Shown: positions 27,279 to 41,203, numbered from the stretch's first letter. The stretch: DNA of 64,000 bases from Octopus sinensis (GCF_006345805.1 NC_043004.1:12772001-12836000); one strand, 5' to 3'. A program made the numbers and translations. The notes: generated from the sequence alone by a model not told the origin.

Positions 27279-28427
27279 TATATATATATTTATTGGGAAA
27301 ATCGAAGTGGGATAAGAATGTGATTAAGGGAGAAGTACAATCAAAAATTAAAAATGCTAGTTCTAAAATCTCTCTAAGATATCAACGCAGTAGTTTTACT
27401 GACAAGGAATACTCGTAGCCGCGTTAACATGGCTGTACCGAAAAGTGAGAAAAATAACCCGAAACCGGGACTGGTCTATTGGTTCCGTCGCTGGAAGGTC
27501 GTAGGGGTTCGCTCCCCTGTTCGTGATTTATCGGGTGCAGCTTTGCATCATTAACCAGCTAGAGGAGATGTCCGCCTGGAGTTAAAAAAATCGCAGTAGA
27601 GTCCTTTCGAACAGACAGCCATGTTGAAGTGGCTACGGATATTACAATGTTAAGCAGAAACAGCCCGTTAGTCATGTACACTAAAAGCCGCAGAGATCTT
27701 GCGTGTGTGAATTCAAAATCTTTAAATTCCATGGTGCTAGAGCTCTGATTAAGCAAGTGATAATTAATATCTATTTCTTTAATTAATATCACTGACATAA
27801 AAGGCGTTACAAAAGAAAAAACGACATGGAGTTTAGAGGACGACTGCATAGTAAGACATAATGTTTTCTTATCCGTGGTCTGATGTGAAAAATGCCTGTA
27901 CAAGATACCAAATTTTAAGATTCCGCATCCTATTTAACTGAGAAAACACAAAAATGTGACAGTCGTGGTAAAACCATTGCCGGCTTTCCAGTTAATTAAC
28001 AAGACAGGGTCATATCCATATTTGAGCTGCTTTCCAAGTATATGTGTGCGTGTACACGCACATGCGCACACACAGGTACAAACATACATGCATACATACA
28101 TATGTGTGTGTGTGTGTGTTTGTGTGTATACACACATACAAAAGATATGTATGCACGTACATACTTTTTGTTGTTTCCATCACTGCGCATGTAATTTTAA
28201 TTAATTAAAAGTTGGTTTACTTTATCACATACGCTAGCACCATCTTTCCTACAATAATATAGATAATGTTTACATATATGAGCTGTTTACAAAGGATCAA
28301 AGGCATTATAGTTTAAAGAGAATAACATTGGAAATTTACAGATCTACATCACTGGAGCGGAATCTATTGTGTATAAGGAGTTTTAATGTATTTTGAAGCC
28401 GAACTAATTGCAAGAAAGTCAACACTC

Positions 28428-28460
<33 letters not shown>

Positions 28461-28871
28461 GCACGCACACACACACACACACACAGACACACACACACAA
28501 ACACACACAACACACACACACACACACATAAACGAAGTCAATTCACACACGCACTATTGTTTAGTCGGTTGACCTGCTAGGAACAGCAGTCAGCTCTCCC
28601 CTAAATTTACCGCCGTAAGGATGGGGATATTGTATAGTATTAAGCAACCTCGGAAAAGTAGAGTAACAGCCACGGCTGAGTTAAACAAAGACAATAGGTT
28701 CAGAAAAATATGGAATGCGACATATATTCATTTAAAATTACAAAATTGTGTGTAGAGTTTCCCGTGCAGCTTTGATTCCTGGTTAAGAGAATACAATTTA
28801 TCAGCTTCAAGGCGGTCACGTGGTTGAATTGTTCGAGCTGCAGACAAAATGTTACCGGTATTTTATATACG

Positions 28872-29084
28872 CTGTTAGCACGTCGGACGAATTGCGTAGC
28901 CGTATTTCCTCTGCCGTTACGTTCTGAGTTCAAATTCCGCTGAGGTCGACTTTTCCTTTCATCCTTTCGGGGTCGATTAATTAAGTACCAGTTACGCACT
29001 GGGGTCGATGTAATCAACTTAATACCTATGTCTGTCCTTGTTTGTTCCCTCTGTGTTTAGCCCCTTGTGGGTAATAAAGAAATA
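28872..29084 (+). mobile_element. SINE family B (tail-1) inserted in an older B copy
   Basis: 15-bp TSD GGTATTTTATATACG at 28857-28871 and 29085-29099. Confidence 0.85.
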
Positions 29085-29289
29085 GGTATTTTATATACGT
29101 GCCTGTATGTTTTATATTCAAATTTCACTGCGGGGCAGCCTTTTCATATTTAGTGGTAGGTAAAATGAAGTACTACTCAAATACTAGGGTCTATTTCTCT
29201 ATATGAATATTAGAAGTAAATGGACTCATAATAGAAGATGCTAATCCTACTCCATTGACGCATATAAAAGATGAAGACCAAACTGTATT

Positions 29290-29720
29290 AATGAAGTATG
29301 ATCTCATACACATCTAGTTTCTGCATATAAGGGAGTGAAGAGACACGTTTTACACCAAGTTTCACAAGATCTACTGCACAGTATATGAGAGATCTTCCAT
29401 GAATTTGAATGAAAAAGAATGCCAGACAAGCATAAGGCAATTTATAGTTAGAAAGAACTTCACGTACATCGGAGTCATCTTTTTTTCTCACACAATATGC
29501 CAAGTGGCAAGATAAGTGAGAAAAGGAGATTGCTACATTGGCTGAAAAGATTTCCAAACCTCGCAGTCCTTGGTGTGTTGCCAGGTCATAAAACATCATC
29601 GCATACGCTTGTCCTACATTGTGGCTTCTAGCCCAGCATAAGATCATATAGACACCTCCACTAATTAGAGAAAAGTAGTCTCTGCCTCACATCATATATG
29701 ATGAACGGTCTGCAGAACAC
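29290..29720 (+). mobile_element. Possible decayed RTE LINE 3' end
   Basis: Weak resemblance to a terminal CxxC..H zinc-finger region near 29605-29660. Confidence 0.3.
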
Positions 29721-30665
29721 AAGATATATGAGCATCAATGCTATCTACTAAGTCAACCTGCTCCTGTAACACCGCACGAACATGAAAAGTTATCAGTAAA
29801 AATGCATTTAAATTTTAAAATTTTGATTTAAGAAATCTAAACTATTTACATGACATCCAAAATATGCAATCAAAATTTTACACTTCCAAATCTCGTTTGT
29901 TATTTTCCGTATTATAAAGGTCTGTAGAAGTATTACGTGCCGTCTCCTCATATAGAACGAAGCAACGCGGATGAAGAAATCGCATCAAAGTTGTACATAA
30001 TGGCGAATTAGTGATGAAACTTCTTTACAGTCATTCAGCCTCCTAGAAATAGCAGTCAAATATTGTCTCAGATCAGGACTTACTGTGATGAAATTGACAA
30101 AGCAGTTTAGATTAACCCGTCATGTCAATAGACGGCGGTTTAGTCTTAGGTGAAAAGTATTTGACCATAGCATTGTACTAACGGAGCAAATCTACGATAA
30201 CCAACAACAAAAATATCGACAAATTGCACCTCCTACGACGTCAACTTATATTTAGACGAACCAATGAGAAGGCTTTATTTGATAGAGATAGCAGCCACAT
30301 TCTTGCCAACTGTAATAAAAAGGGAAGAGATCCGTGTACAGAGAATAACTAAAGCACAGACATGATAGCTTTGAATACCTTTAAACACAGGTCTGCTGAA
30401 TAATCAGGGTTCACCTTGGATATACAATGACAATTTTAGAAGTTTAGAGTTCGGAGGAAAGCATTCAGTTGTTCATAAGCAAGTCATATCAAGTTATGGT
30501 CCCCCAAATTTTAACATGATGTAAAATATTATATAAACTCACATTTTACATTCAAGATTATGCAGCAATTAAACTGATATTAATATATAGGGGAACGAAA
30601 TATTGAGCTGCCGTAGAATAGCATTTAATGCGCAATGACGTTGATATGGCTTGAAGTTTTGTGAC

Positions 30666-32365
30666 TGTTGTAGTGAAAATGGTACTCCCCTTCTTACGTT
30701 ACCATCAAGGTAGACATTTCTAAGTCATTGTCTTGCGGAGCTATCAGCAAAAGCACGATAGATGAGTCAAAGATAATAAGACGAGAAATACCACCAAGAC
30801 ATAATAGTAGCGACAAAAATATTACAGTGCCGACAATAAGATAGAAGTGGATGAGGATTCACATTATAACAGTGGCGGCGAGGAAATAAACAATTCACGT
30901 GAACAACATTGCAGAAAAAAATAATTCACGAGAAAATAAACAATTCACGCGGATGACTTACTGCTAAAAAGGACGCAGAAGTCAAAACGAAAATGCCCCA
31001 AAAGCTAGAAATGAACGAGTATATAACTCTCCAGAAACTATCAGAAGAGTTGCGATATGATATTAAAAGTAAGGCACGATACAGAAGAAATCCAACGCAG
31101 CGATTTTTTTACAAATAAAACTAGTACGGAAAAGTCGAAAGACGGATAAAATGTATCACAAAAGCACAATATACAACAGGAGATAAACCCTTGTATGGCA
31201 TGTGGTGGTAGGTACTTGAGAAAAGAATATCCATCTAAAAAAGTAAGGTGTTTTCGTTCTGGAACACACGACACATTAAATCTCCCTGTAGAACTAAGAT
31301 GAAAAATTGGACCCAACGAGAAAAAAATATATTGTCATCAGAGAAAAAGGTTTGTACAACAAACAGAAAATTCATCAAGGTGAGAATCGAAATCACTAGT
31401 GTTAAAATGCAATTAGACACAGGTAGTGACATCACCATCATAAATGAATAAACATGGCGACAAATCGGTAAGCCGAAATTACTTGAATCAAGTAAAGTAG
31501 AATATAGTGTTACAGGAAAAAAATTATATTCCTTTGGTGAATGTATTTGCAATGCAGTGTTGAAAAAAATCACTAAGACTATTTGTCACAGAATGCATGG
31601 AGTTATTCAAAATGTGGGATACCACCATTAGTGTTCTCTGTGAAAATATAGTCGGTACAGTTAAAAGTTCGAATGAAGTCGAACAACAGAGAAAATAATT
31701 TTTTAAATCGCTTCCAAATGTTTTTTTGGAAGGATTAGGCTGTTGCACTAAAGCAAAAGCGAGAATCGTGGTAAAAGAAAAAACAACATCTGTTTTTAGG
31801 CCCAAACGGAATGTGCCGTTTGTGGCACTGGACAAGGTCAATAAAGAGTTATAAATACTTGATAGTCTAGCTATAATTGAAAAAAGTCGGGCAGTCAGGC
31901 TGGGGAGCTCCGATGGTTTATGTAAAGAAAAAATATTAAGTTGAAAAAAATGCTAAAATGGAGGAGCGATGAATAAAGTAAACTATAATTACTTGCTTCC
32001 CTATAAAAAACAAATAAAAGGGGGAGATGTTATAGTGAAAATGGTACTCCCTTTCCCACGTGACAAAGTGGTATGATTGGGTCACTATAAAGTAAGACAG
32101 TCGGTCGTGGTCGGAGGTCAGTAGTAGGAGAGTCGTTGTACGAGTCCTCAGTTGGAGTCAGTGTCAGTTACATGTTATATACGAGTTCGAGTTACCGTCA
32201 TGGTAAACGTTTCGAAGTCGTTGTCTTGCGGGGCTATCAGCAATAGCAAGATAGACGAGTCAAAGGTAATAAAACGCAGAATATCGCCACAACATAATAG
32301 TGGCGACAAGAATATTATAGTGCCAACAACAATATACAAATGGACGAGGATCTCACACCATAACA
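30666..32365 (+). mobile_element. Internally deleted Ty3/gypsy (Mag-like) LTR retrotransposon
   Basis: LTRs TG..CA at 30666-30871 and 32028-32365; PBS TGGCGGCGAGG at 30873; PPT AAAAGGGGGAGA at 32016-32027; decayed zinc knuckles, protease MQLDTGSDITII and RT start PKRNVPF..WGAPMVYV. Confidence 0.9.
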
Positions 32366-32659
32366 CTGGCAGATGATAGCTTATGATGAACCAGAAGTGA
32401 ATACAATGTTATCTATACATATTTTAAATGACTAACCAGCTTATCACATAATGAAAAGAGTTTCATATACAACAAATGGTGTCAGACGAAGAGAAAATTG
32501 TTGGTTTTTCGCGAAAGACAAACATAAAGAAATACGTTCACTTTTGATGTTAGTTACACAATATTTTACAACAAAATGGCAGACCTATAATGGTCATCAT
32601 CATCACCGTCATCACTGTCATCAGTATCATCGTCAACATCATCGTCATCATCATCATCA

Positions 32660-33035
32660 TCAGGTTTCTTTAATTAGTGCAGTAAGTCGTTGGTGGTATA
32701 ACTCTAGTCTTTTGCAGTCAGTGGTCGCCACTGGCTTCTTTTATCTGTCATGTTTTGCAGGGTTGCGATGTTTTGAACTTTCCAGTCCTTGGTGCTATCC
32801 GACCAGGACTTTTTCTCACTTTCTTTCGCCCTCCCTTAACTGTGACCTGAACGATGGATTTTGGATATAGAGTTGTGGCGGGATACGTGACCGTTACAGA
32901 CAAGTTTTCGTCTCTGGTTCTGCACAATGAGCGGTTCCTGTCTGCCAGCGTACTTTTTGAGTTACTGCTTCACAAAGCCATTCGTTTTGTGTTCTGTGAA
33001 AAGGGTGAAAAGGATGCGTAGCAGACTTCTGAAGT
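32660..33035 (-). mobile_element. RTE-clade LINE 3' fragment
   Basis: LLRI..TEHKTNGFV..AGRQEPL..RRKLVCNGHVSRHNSISK, typical of the RTE RT C-terminus. Confidence 0.7.
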
Positions 33036-33289
33036 TCTTGCAATAAAATTTAAATATGCCATTGTCATTATATGTTTGTAGCGCATTAGTAAGGTCGCAG
33101 AAGATTCCACGTTGAATCTCTTTCCTTAGAATTAATCGTCTCTGTGCCCTGTGTTACGATGTGTATATCGGAAAATAGAAAAATAATAGCCTGTTCTGAA
33201 AAGAAAATAATCCGGAGGCAGAAGAATTCCGAGCGAATTACATTTATATTTATGAAAAAGTATTCCTGCTGATCTATAACCATTGATGT

Positions 33290-33880
33290 CACCGTACATA
33301 TAGGTCCTGAGATTTGACAATTATAATCTGGCATAAGCCCACAGATCATTTTGAGCAATGATTATTTAGAAAAGGGATACCATATTCCAATAGTCTAAAA
33401 GGAAACAAATGTTAAACCATATATAGATATCTAGCACTGATGATGATTTCGAAAATATCACAACAGCACAGAAAAGCACTGGGCAAAATATATCAGGAGA
33501 TTTTTGTTGAAGTTTACATGGTTCTGTAATTCGATTATATACTTCTTTATGCTGCGCAACACATTTATCATAGACTGCACTGGAATTCGAAGCGTAAGCG
33601 TGTAAGCAAATGTGACATATTCGTTATTAAATAACTTCTCATAAATCTACATTAGATATATTTTATTACAGTAATATACCAGAAGGAAGTTAGACATATA
33701 ACACAAAATCCTTATTAATAATAGATACACAATGCACAGCTTTCCATGAATCCAAGCAGAAAATAAATAGTGCCATCAGTCTCTTCACAAACAAGCTGTA
33801 CAGCGTATATAGAGTTGACTACATAAACGAAATGGTCACACGATATAAATTTAATAATGGAAGTATTTTAAGGCAGATAA
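33290..33880 (+). mobile_element. Old dispersed repeat, possibly a Bel/Pao remnant (copy 1)
   Basis: Similar to 41370-41940; decayed frames LTIII..DHFE..KGIPY and Y..Y..EMVTRY. Confidence 0.4.
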
Positions 33881-34827
33881 TTAAATAAAGGCTATATTAC
33901 ACCAAAACTAGATTCTATGTAGTTATATACAATAAACAGAGAAATTGGATGGATGTGTTTGTCGATGACGTAGCAAACAACTAACAATGCAGGCTGATGG
34001 TTCGTGCCGTGTGTTCGTTGAGTCGAGACATTAACATTTAATTATCAAGAATAATGGACATAGAAATATCAGGATGAAAATCATCGAACATTTAGTTGTT
34101 TATCAAATACCCCATCGAATCAGTTTTCACTGTCATCATTCTATATTATACGTAACTCAAATATATTTTCAGGAATGTGCGAAATAAATGTAATGGTGAG
34201 CGTTGGAGTTCCTATCGATAATTGCAGCCATCGTTGAGGTATAATACATATAAAGTGTTATAACATTTTATAATGTACAATGTGGGTTAGAAAATAAAGA
34301 AAATCTTACTCGAACATAAAATATTTTTAAATGGCTGCCATGATTGTTCTATGGCGTAAATGCAGTGAAGTTCAACACGTAGATTCATATCAAGTCATAA
34401 ATAAGTACGATTTCGAAAAAGGAAAATTGGCAAAGATATGTCTCTCCAACATTTGTAAATGCCCACAAACACACACATTCGCGTGCACACAGACACGCAC
34501 AGAGGCGCGCGCGCACACACACACAAATACAAGTGCATACAAAGCACGCAAAAACATATGGGTGTATGGTATGTGTGTACATATAAGTGTATGGATGCAA
34601 CACGTGCATATGTATATAAAAATATATGAAGATACAAATATAAAATAAAATTTTATGGCTATTATACATCTATGTTTGCTGAATGAATTAACCGATCATG
34701 CCCGGGTCGAGCAGTCCTCACTGACGTTGCCTAAAGTCATAGGCGAAACTATATCTAGTCTGGAGATCCTCAAAGCGGTCATGGGGTGGTTACCTCCATT
34801 GTCAGCATGTGTGTATACTTTCTGCGC

Positions 34828-34872
<45 letters not shown>

Positions 34873-35417
34873 ATGTTGACAAACGGACACACATATACAC
34901 ACACCATCCTACCAGATCTTACAAACACAACTATTCACAACACATATGTATATATATACACACACACACACAAAGACACACACACTCACCCCATCCTGAC
35001 CCCTAAATCATTGATGCTTGAAGGAGAGACGAAAAAAGGGTAAATTCTTTTCAGTTTCACATTACCCCTCCTTTTCCCCCAACCAAACACACCTACTGTG
35101 TCCCTTGAAATAGATAATATTCTTTTACGCTACCATGGAGGACAGGTCAGTTTCAGCTTCACTACTATTATAATGTAAATCTTTTTGAACTCATAATATT
35201 CTGTACGTGTATACTGAACTTTTTAATAATTCCTTCTGGAAATAATCTTGAGAATGTATAATATATTTGTTGTAATCTTTTGTGCCCATTATTTCAATGA
35301 GCTTGTTAAACTTTTTTATATTCTCAACATGCTCCTGTCACCAAAGAATGTATATTTATATGGATTGTAGCCCTCTGTGTCAACCAATATTCTGTGCATG
35401 TTTGAATATGCAGATAC

Positions 35418-36202
35418 GTTAGTTAGTTAGTTAGTTAGTTAATTTGGCTCAAAAGCAAATAGCAAGGCCATGTAGGGGGACATGGAGTTAAGTACAGGGT
35501 GGTGCTCATGTAAAGAGTTCAGGCCACTTGAGGTCCAGGGAGGCTTTGAACAAAGCGGTCGTCGGCATCTTCACCATCTCGTCTGGCAGCTTGTTCCACG
35601 GATCCGCAACCCGGACGGAGAAAGCTCCTCTCCTTCGATTGAGATGAAATCGTCGCAGGTAGAGCTTTTCGGAATGACCCCGCAGCCGACGCTCCGGAGC
35701 AGGAGTGAAGAACAGCTCTTTCGAGAGGTTACACTTCCCGCTTATGATGTTGTGGGCGAGAATGAGATCACCACGGCGGCGGCGTTTTTCAAGAGAATAA
35801 AGGTCGAGCGTCCTCAGCCTTTCTTCGTAGGACAAATTTTTGAGACCATGAACCATGCGGGTAGCCAGCCTCTAGACTCTTTCGAGATGCTGTATGTCTT
35901 TGAGGAGATAAGGAGAAGAGGCTTGAATTCCATACTCCAACATGGGTCTCACCAGCGTGACATAGAGTGGCAGGAATATGGCTGCTGTGAGCATTCCGAA
36001 TGACCGTCGAATCAAAAACAGAATTCCGCGCGCTTTGTTGGCAGCATGGACGCACTGGGCCGAAGGCGAAAAGGAGGAATCCACCAAGATACCCAGGTCC
36101 TTTACCTGATCGGTCCTCTCCAGCAGCAGACGACCCGCCTCGAAATCAAGTTGAGTTGCAGGAGTAGAGCCGACAGGCAGATGACAGCACTTTGACACGT
36201 TC
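35418..36202 (-). mobile_element. CR1-group LINE 3' fragment with (TAAC)n tail
   Basis: VKDLGILVD, LYVTLVRPMLEYG, LERV*RLATRM..LSYEERL..LEKRRRRGDLI, FSVRVADPWNKLP; one in-frame TAG. Confidence 0.9.
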
Positions 36203-36496
36203 AGACACAATACCAATATCAATTCCTTCTGGAAACTAAATTAAGCATGTCCTTGAGAATGATTATTTATGTAGTAATCTTTTGTGCCCAATATTTTAAG
36301 GAACTTGTTGAACTTTTTTATGTCCTTAACATGTCCCTGTTACCAAAGACTGTATATATGTAATGTAGCAATTTGTAACAACCAACAATTAACGCAACCA
36401 AACTTCTACATGTTACTTTTGACAATATTTGTCCAAAGAGTGAAACCGGTAAAGTAAATAAATATATTTTAAATTTCATTTTCAAACTTTCTTTCG

Positions 36497-36529
<33 letters not shown>

Positions 36530-36636
36530 GTGAGGATATTTGAATGTAACCGTAAATATAAACGGCTGTGCCGTTCGCCTTTGCTCGGTTTCGCATGGAT
36601 TTTGGCGTTCGGTTCAGCAATTTATATTTTTGATAT

Positions 36637-36712
36637 ACTCTGCTGAAGATTTGAAAATGATTATGTAAGTAAAATTACACAATCTATTAACGATGAAACA
36701 ATTGTATAGAGT
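36637..36712 (+). ncRNA. Type I hammerhead with extended stem II, in a ~350-bp unit between (TA)n tracts
   Basis: ACTCTG-CTGAAGA-[45 nt incl. GATT.TGTAA/TTACA.AATC hairpin]-GAAA-CAATTG-TA-TAGAGT. Confidence 0.7.
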
Positions 36713-36865
36713 TAATCTATTTTTTCGTTATTTTTCATTTGTCCTGCCCGCTTACATTATTGTCGTGTTGGATTAATGCCTGAGAACAATTCTTTAGTGG
36801 TGGATTCCCTTTGCGGATCTATTTCTAGCGTTAGAGTGACGACATATGGTCTCTCTCTTATTACT

Positions 36866-36966
<101 letters not shown>

Positions 36967-37049
36967 GTTATATATATGTATTATATATATATTATATATG
37001 TATATATAATATATATGTATATATATATATATGTATATATATATGTATA

Positions 37050-37091
<42 letters not shown>

Positions 37092-37116
37092 GTATATATA
37101 TACATATATATATATG

Positions 37117-37167
<51 letters not shown>

Positions 37168-37181
37168 ATATATATAATATA

Positions 37182-37214
<33 letters not shown>

Positions 37215-37280
37215 GGTCCCGGGTTGATTCGGGGTTAACCACAGTAAATAAGGTACTCAATACATAGCAGAGTAAAATTA

Positions 37281-37415
37281 ATTTATTATATAGAAGGAGC
37301 TTCTACAGGACTAGAACTGTTTCATTCAAGAGAAATCTTCAGGAAGCTCAGGAGATTCATGAAGATTTCTCTTGAATGAAACAGTTCTAGTCCTGTAGAA
37401 GCTCATTCTATATAA

Positions 37416-37420
<5 letters not shown>
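37281..37420. repeat. Fold-back palindrome (65-bp arms, 10-nt spacer)
   Basis: 37281-37345 is the reverse complement of 37356-37420 with two mismatches. Confidence 0.92.
37297..37349 (-). ncRNA. Type I hammerhead ribozyme, intact
   Basis: GAGCTTC-CTGAAGA-T TTC TCTT GAA T-GAAA-CAG TTCTAGTC CTG-TA-GAAGCTC: 7-bp stem I, GUA site. Confidence 0.8.
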
Positions 37421-37482
<62 letters not shown>

Positions 37483-37526
37483 GTATATATATATATGTTA
37501 TATATATGTATATATATATATGTATA

Positions 37527-37579
<53 letters not shown>

Positions 37580-37613
37580 GTATATATGTATATATATATT
37601 ATATATATATATT

Positions 37614-37713
<100 letters not shown>

Positions 37714-37726
37714 AATATATATATAT

Positions 37727-39605
37727 GAAAAAACAAGTCAAAAATAGAAAATGCTAAGATGATTTTATAGTGAATCTTTCAGTACCGGTTTCGGTCATTT
37801 TGAGACTTTTCAACAGTAACGATTAAATAATCAAATTTAGAAAAATTAGAAGAAAAGTTTTTTTAAAAGAATATTTCTGTAGTAGTGTTCAGATATAAGT
37901 AGCATTCTGCCTTTCTCTGACTCCCTTGTTTGCACTTGTGTGTTCGAGGTCGTTTTGAGTTCTTGGTAGGATAGGTGAAGAATAATGAGGCTGATGTGGA
38001 GAGGGGTGGGGAAATCTGGGAATGCCTTAATGGTCGTATTTTGAATGGTCAGTGGCTGACAGTGGCTGATAGTAGTCGCAGTTCAATTCAGGAATTGTTT
38101 ATGGAATTTGCGTAGGCGTTATACTGAAAGACATTAGTGACAAGGTTAAGGGGTGGAAGGTGGAGAAGTAGAAGAAGAAGAAGAAGATGACGATGTTGAT
38201 GATGATGATGATGAAGAAGAAGAAGAAGAAGAAGAAGGAGAAGGAGAAGATGGTGGTGATGATGGTGGTGATGATGATGACGACGATGATGATGATAATG
38301 ATGATGATGAAGAAGAAGAGGAAGAAGAAGAAGAAGAAAAAACAGAGAAGGGAGAATATGAATGGGTGTAAGTATAGCTTTGATGGGGCTGATTAGTAAT
38401 GGATTCAATGGAGTGTAATATTTGTGTGTGTATATATTTCTTTTATTCTAAAGTTGAGGTATATTAATTGTTTGTCGTAGACCCGTTAAGAAGTGGCTTG
38501 TATTTTGTAATAAAGAGATTTTCTTTACTTATTCGTTGTCTCGAGGTTGTATCGTCCCTAAATTGGTAGAGGGGGAAAATTCTGAAGTTTGGTGTTTTTT
38601 TGTTGGCGCAAGTATCTATGTGTTGGCTAAAAGCTATTTTTCTGTTTTGGGGAATTTTTATCTGGGATCTGTGCAGGGCCATTCGTTTACGCAAACCATT
38701 TTTTGTTTGACCTATGTACTGCTCTTGACACCCGGAGCAGGTTAGTGAGTATATTAGGTTCTCCGAAGCACATGTGAAGTTGGTTTTCACTGTAAACCGT
38801 TGTCCCTGTTTGAAGGAGAACTCTGATCCCTCAATTAGATAGTCACATATCCCGCAATTGGGTCTTCCACATTTTTTTACTGTCGGCTTCTGTGTTGAAG
38901 AGTGAATTCGGGCTTGTGTAAGGAGACTTTTCATGGATCTAGGCTGTCTTTTGCTTTTTATGATCGTGTGTATTTGGAGGATTGTGTTCATTCTGTGGTC
39001 TTTTTTAGGAGGGGTATGTTGTGGAGGATGGTGACGAAGGCTTCGTTATTGAGAGGGTTGTGTGTGGAGATGTATGGTAAGGCTTTTGGTTGTAAGTTTT
39101 TCTTTGATTTGGGATGTCTCAGTTCCTTGATGTTAAGTTGAAGGGCACGTTGAATGCACTTGTCAATAAGTGAAGGTGGATAGTTCCTGGTGATAAGGGT
39201 ATCTTTTAGTTCTTGTAGTCGTGTGTCTCTGGTGTTTGCGTTAGAGACTATAGTGCATATCCTTTTTGCTAGATTGAAGGGGATATTCATCCTGGTGTGT
39301 CTGGGGTGGCATGAATTGAATGGAAGATATTGCTTAGAGTCTGTAGGCTTATAGTATATGTCTGTTTCTATTATATTATTAGCTTTCTTAATGAGGATAT
39401 CGAGGAAGGGGAGTTGTTGTTGGCTATATTCCATCATGAATTGGATGTTTACGTCCAGTCCGTTTAAAATTTTCTGGAATTCTATGAGTTTTTCTATATT
39501 TTTATGCCAAAGGATGAAACAGTCATCTAGATATCTCTTCCAGTTGTTTTCTATGTAGATGGAGAAAGGGCTGCCATATCTTTCTAGAACCTTACGATAC
39601 AGACT
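37727..39605 (-). mobile_element. Penelope-like retroelement (Naiad-like), copy 2, 5'-truncated
   Basis: WKRYLDDCF, SCHPRH, CGRPNCGIC and NLIYSLTCSGCQEQYIGQT; same 3' end as copy 1; (TA)n flanks. Confidence 0.92.
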
Positions 39606-40086
39606 GATATATATATATATTCTCCTCTCACATGACCGCTGGTCAACTAGCCTTTCGGCCTTCGACCGCCGCCACGACAACACCGTTTTCTTCGTCTGCC
39701 GCAAAGGCATTTATTTCCAAATACGCCAGCTAAGATAAGTTAAACTGTCTAAAGTCGTAAGACACCCGCTGTTTTTGTCCTCTTATTACAATTCTTGATT
39801 TTTATTTTTGTTTTTTGCATTTATATTCGTGTGGCATCGTCCGTTTTTCTGTCCTTGTTTCGTATACATTCGATCCTTTTTCCAAGAAATCTAATGCTCG
39901 TAGCTTAGTTTTTCCTTGGCTGGCAGGATCGGGGCGATCTCAGGATTAATCAGCCAAAATTGCGAAGATGATCCGGTTCCTGACTGAAGATTAGAGGCCT
40001 CGAATGACCCGTCCGTTTTTTGTGTCGTCTCTTTGTGTGTTTTGCGTTCTTGTCCCATTTTGTATTTTTTATATATAATTTTATAC

Positions 40087-40137
<51 letters not shown>

Positions 40138-40139
40138 GC

Positions 40140-40180
<41 letters not shown>

Positions 40181-40217
40181 AATATATATATATATATATA
40201 TATATACACAAATATAT

Positions 40218-40253
<36 letters not shown>

Positions 40254-40254
40254 C

Positions 40255-40291
<37 letters not shown>

Positions 40292-40333
40292 TATATATAT
40301 ATATATATATTATATACACAAATATATATATAT

Positions 40334-40780
40334 ATCGTGACGTATATTTGCCATTTGAATATGGCTAACCTCTAAGGGTGGATGCTACTGTAGTTTGTAG
40401 CCCCAGGAAGACACCTCCTCCAGCTGGCTATAGACACAATTTCTGTGCCCTATCAGTATTTGTGAAGGGAAGTCATCCCTCCCGTCTTCAACTTATGATA
40501 CACACGGACTCGAGTTTCAAGGTATTGACCTATCATCGTGAGGGGAACTGACTTCTCGTCGACAACTTTGATTGTCACACGCCGATGATAGGTCAATACC
40601 TTGAAACTCGAGTCCGTGTGTATCATAAGTTGAAGACGGGAGGGATGACTTCCCTTCACAAATACTGATAGGGCACAGAAAGTGTGTCTATAGCCAGCTG
40701 GAGGAGGTGTCTTATTGGGGCTACAGTAGCATCCACCCTTAGGGGTTAGCCATATTCAAATGGCAAATATACGTCACGAT
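40334..40780. repeat. Fold-back palindrome (~200-bp arms, 44-nt spacer)
   Basis: 40334-40538 is the reverse complement of 40583-40780 with a few mismatches and a small indel. Confidence 0.95.
40576..40620 (+). ncRNA. Hammerhead with U4C core (CCGAUGA)
   Basis: CACACG-CCGATGA-T AGGT CAAT ACCT T-GAAA-CTCGAG-TC-CGTGTG: 6-bp stem I, palindromic stem III, GUC site. Confidence 0.75.
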
Positions 40781-41203
40781 GTGTTGCCGCTACTGCTTAT
40801 AACTCGCTCTGAGATTTATACATACATACAAACATACATACACATACACACACTCATACACACACACACATACACACAAATATATATACAGGAAAGAGGA
40901 AGAGAGAGAGGGGGACTAGCAGGAAGAAAGAGACAAATAAAAAAAAGAAAGAAGTGGGGAGAGAAAGACCGAAAGATAAATAGATTTGCATGTGTGTATG
41001 TACTCACACACACTTACCCCCTCACACACATGCATACACAAACTCATATATATATATACATACATACATACATGCATACATACAAACATACATACATACA
41101 TACATACATACATCTGATCTAGGGTTTGACCCTGATGAAAATGAATACAAGTGGATTATATTTATGCTAATGAAAAAGCTGTCAGATTATTTTATAAACT
41201 TTC

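Noticed and set aside
35482-36003. 173-aa plus-strand ORF
   Set aside because: Antisense shadow of the CR1-like RT fragment
39975-40015. CTGAAGA..CGAAT hammerhead-like string
   Set aside because: No GAAA, and no consistent stem I, II or III pairing
41131-41150. Isolated CTGATGA
   Set aside because: No stem II/GAAA/NUH arrangement; chance match
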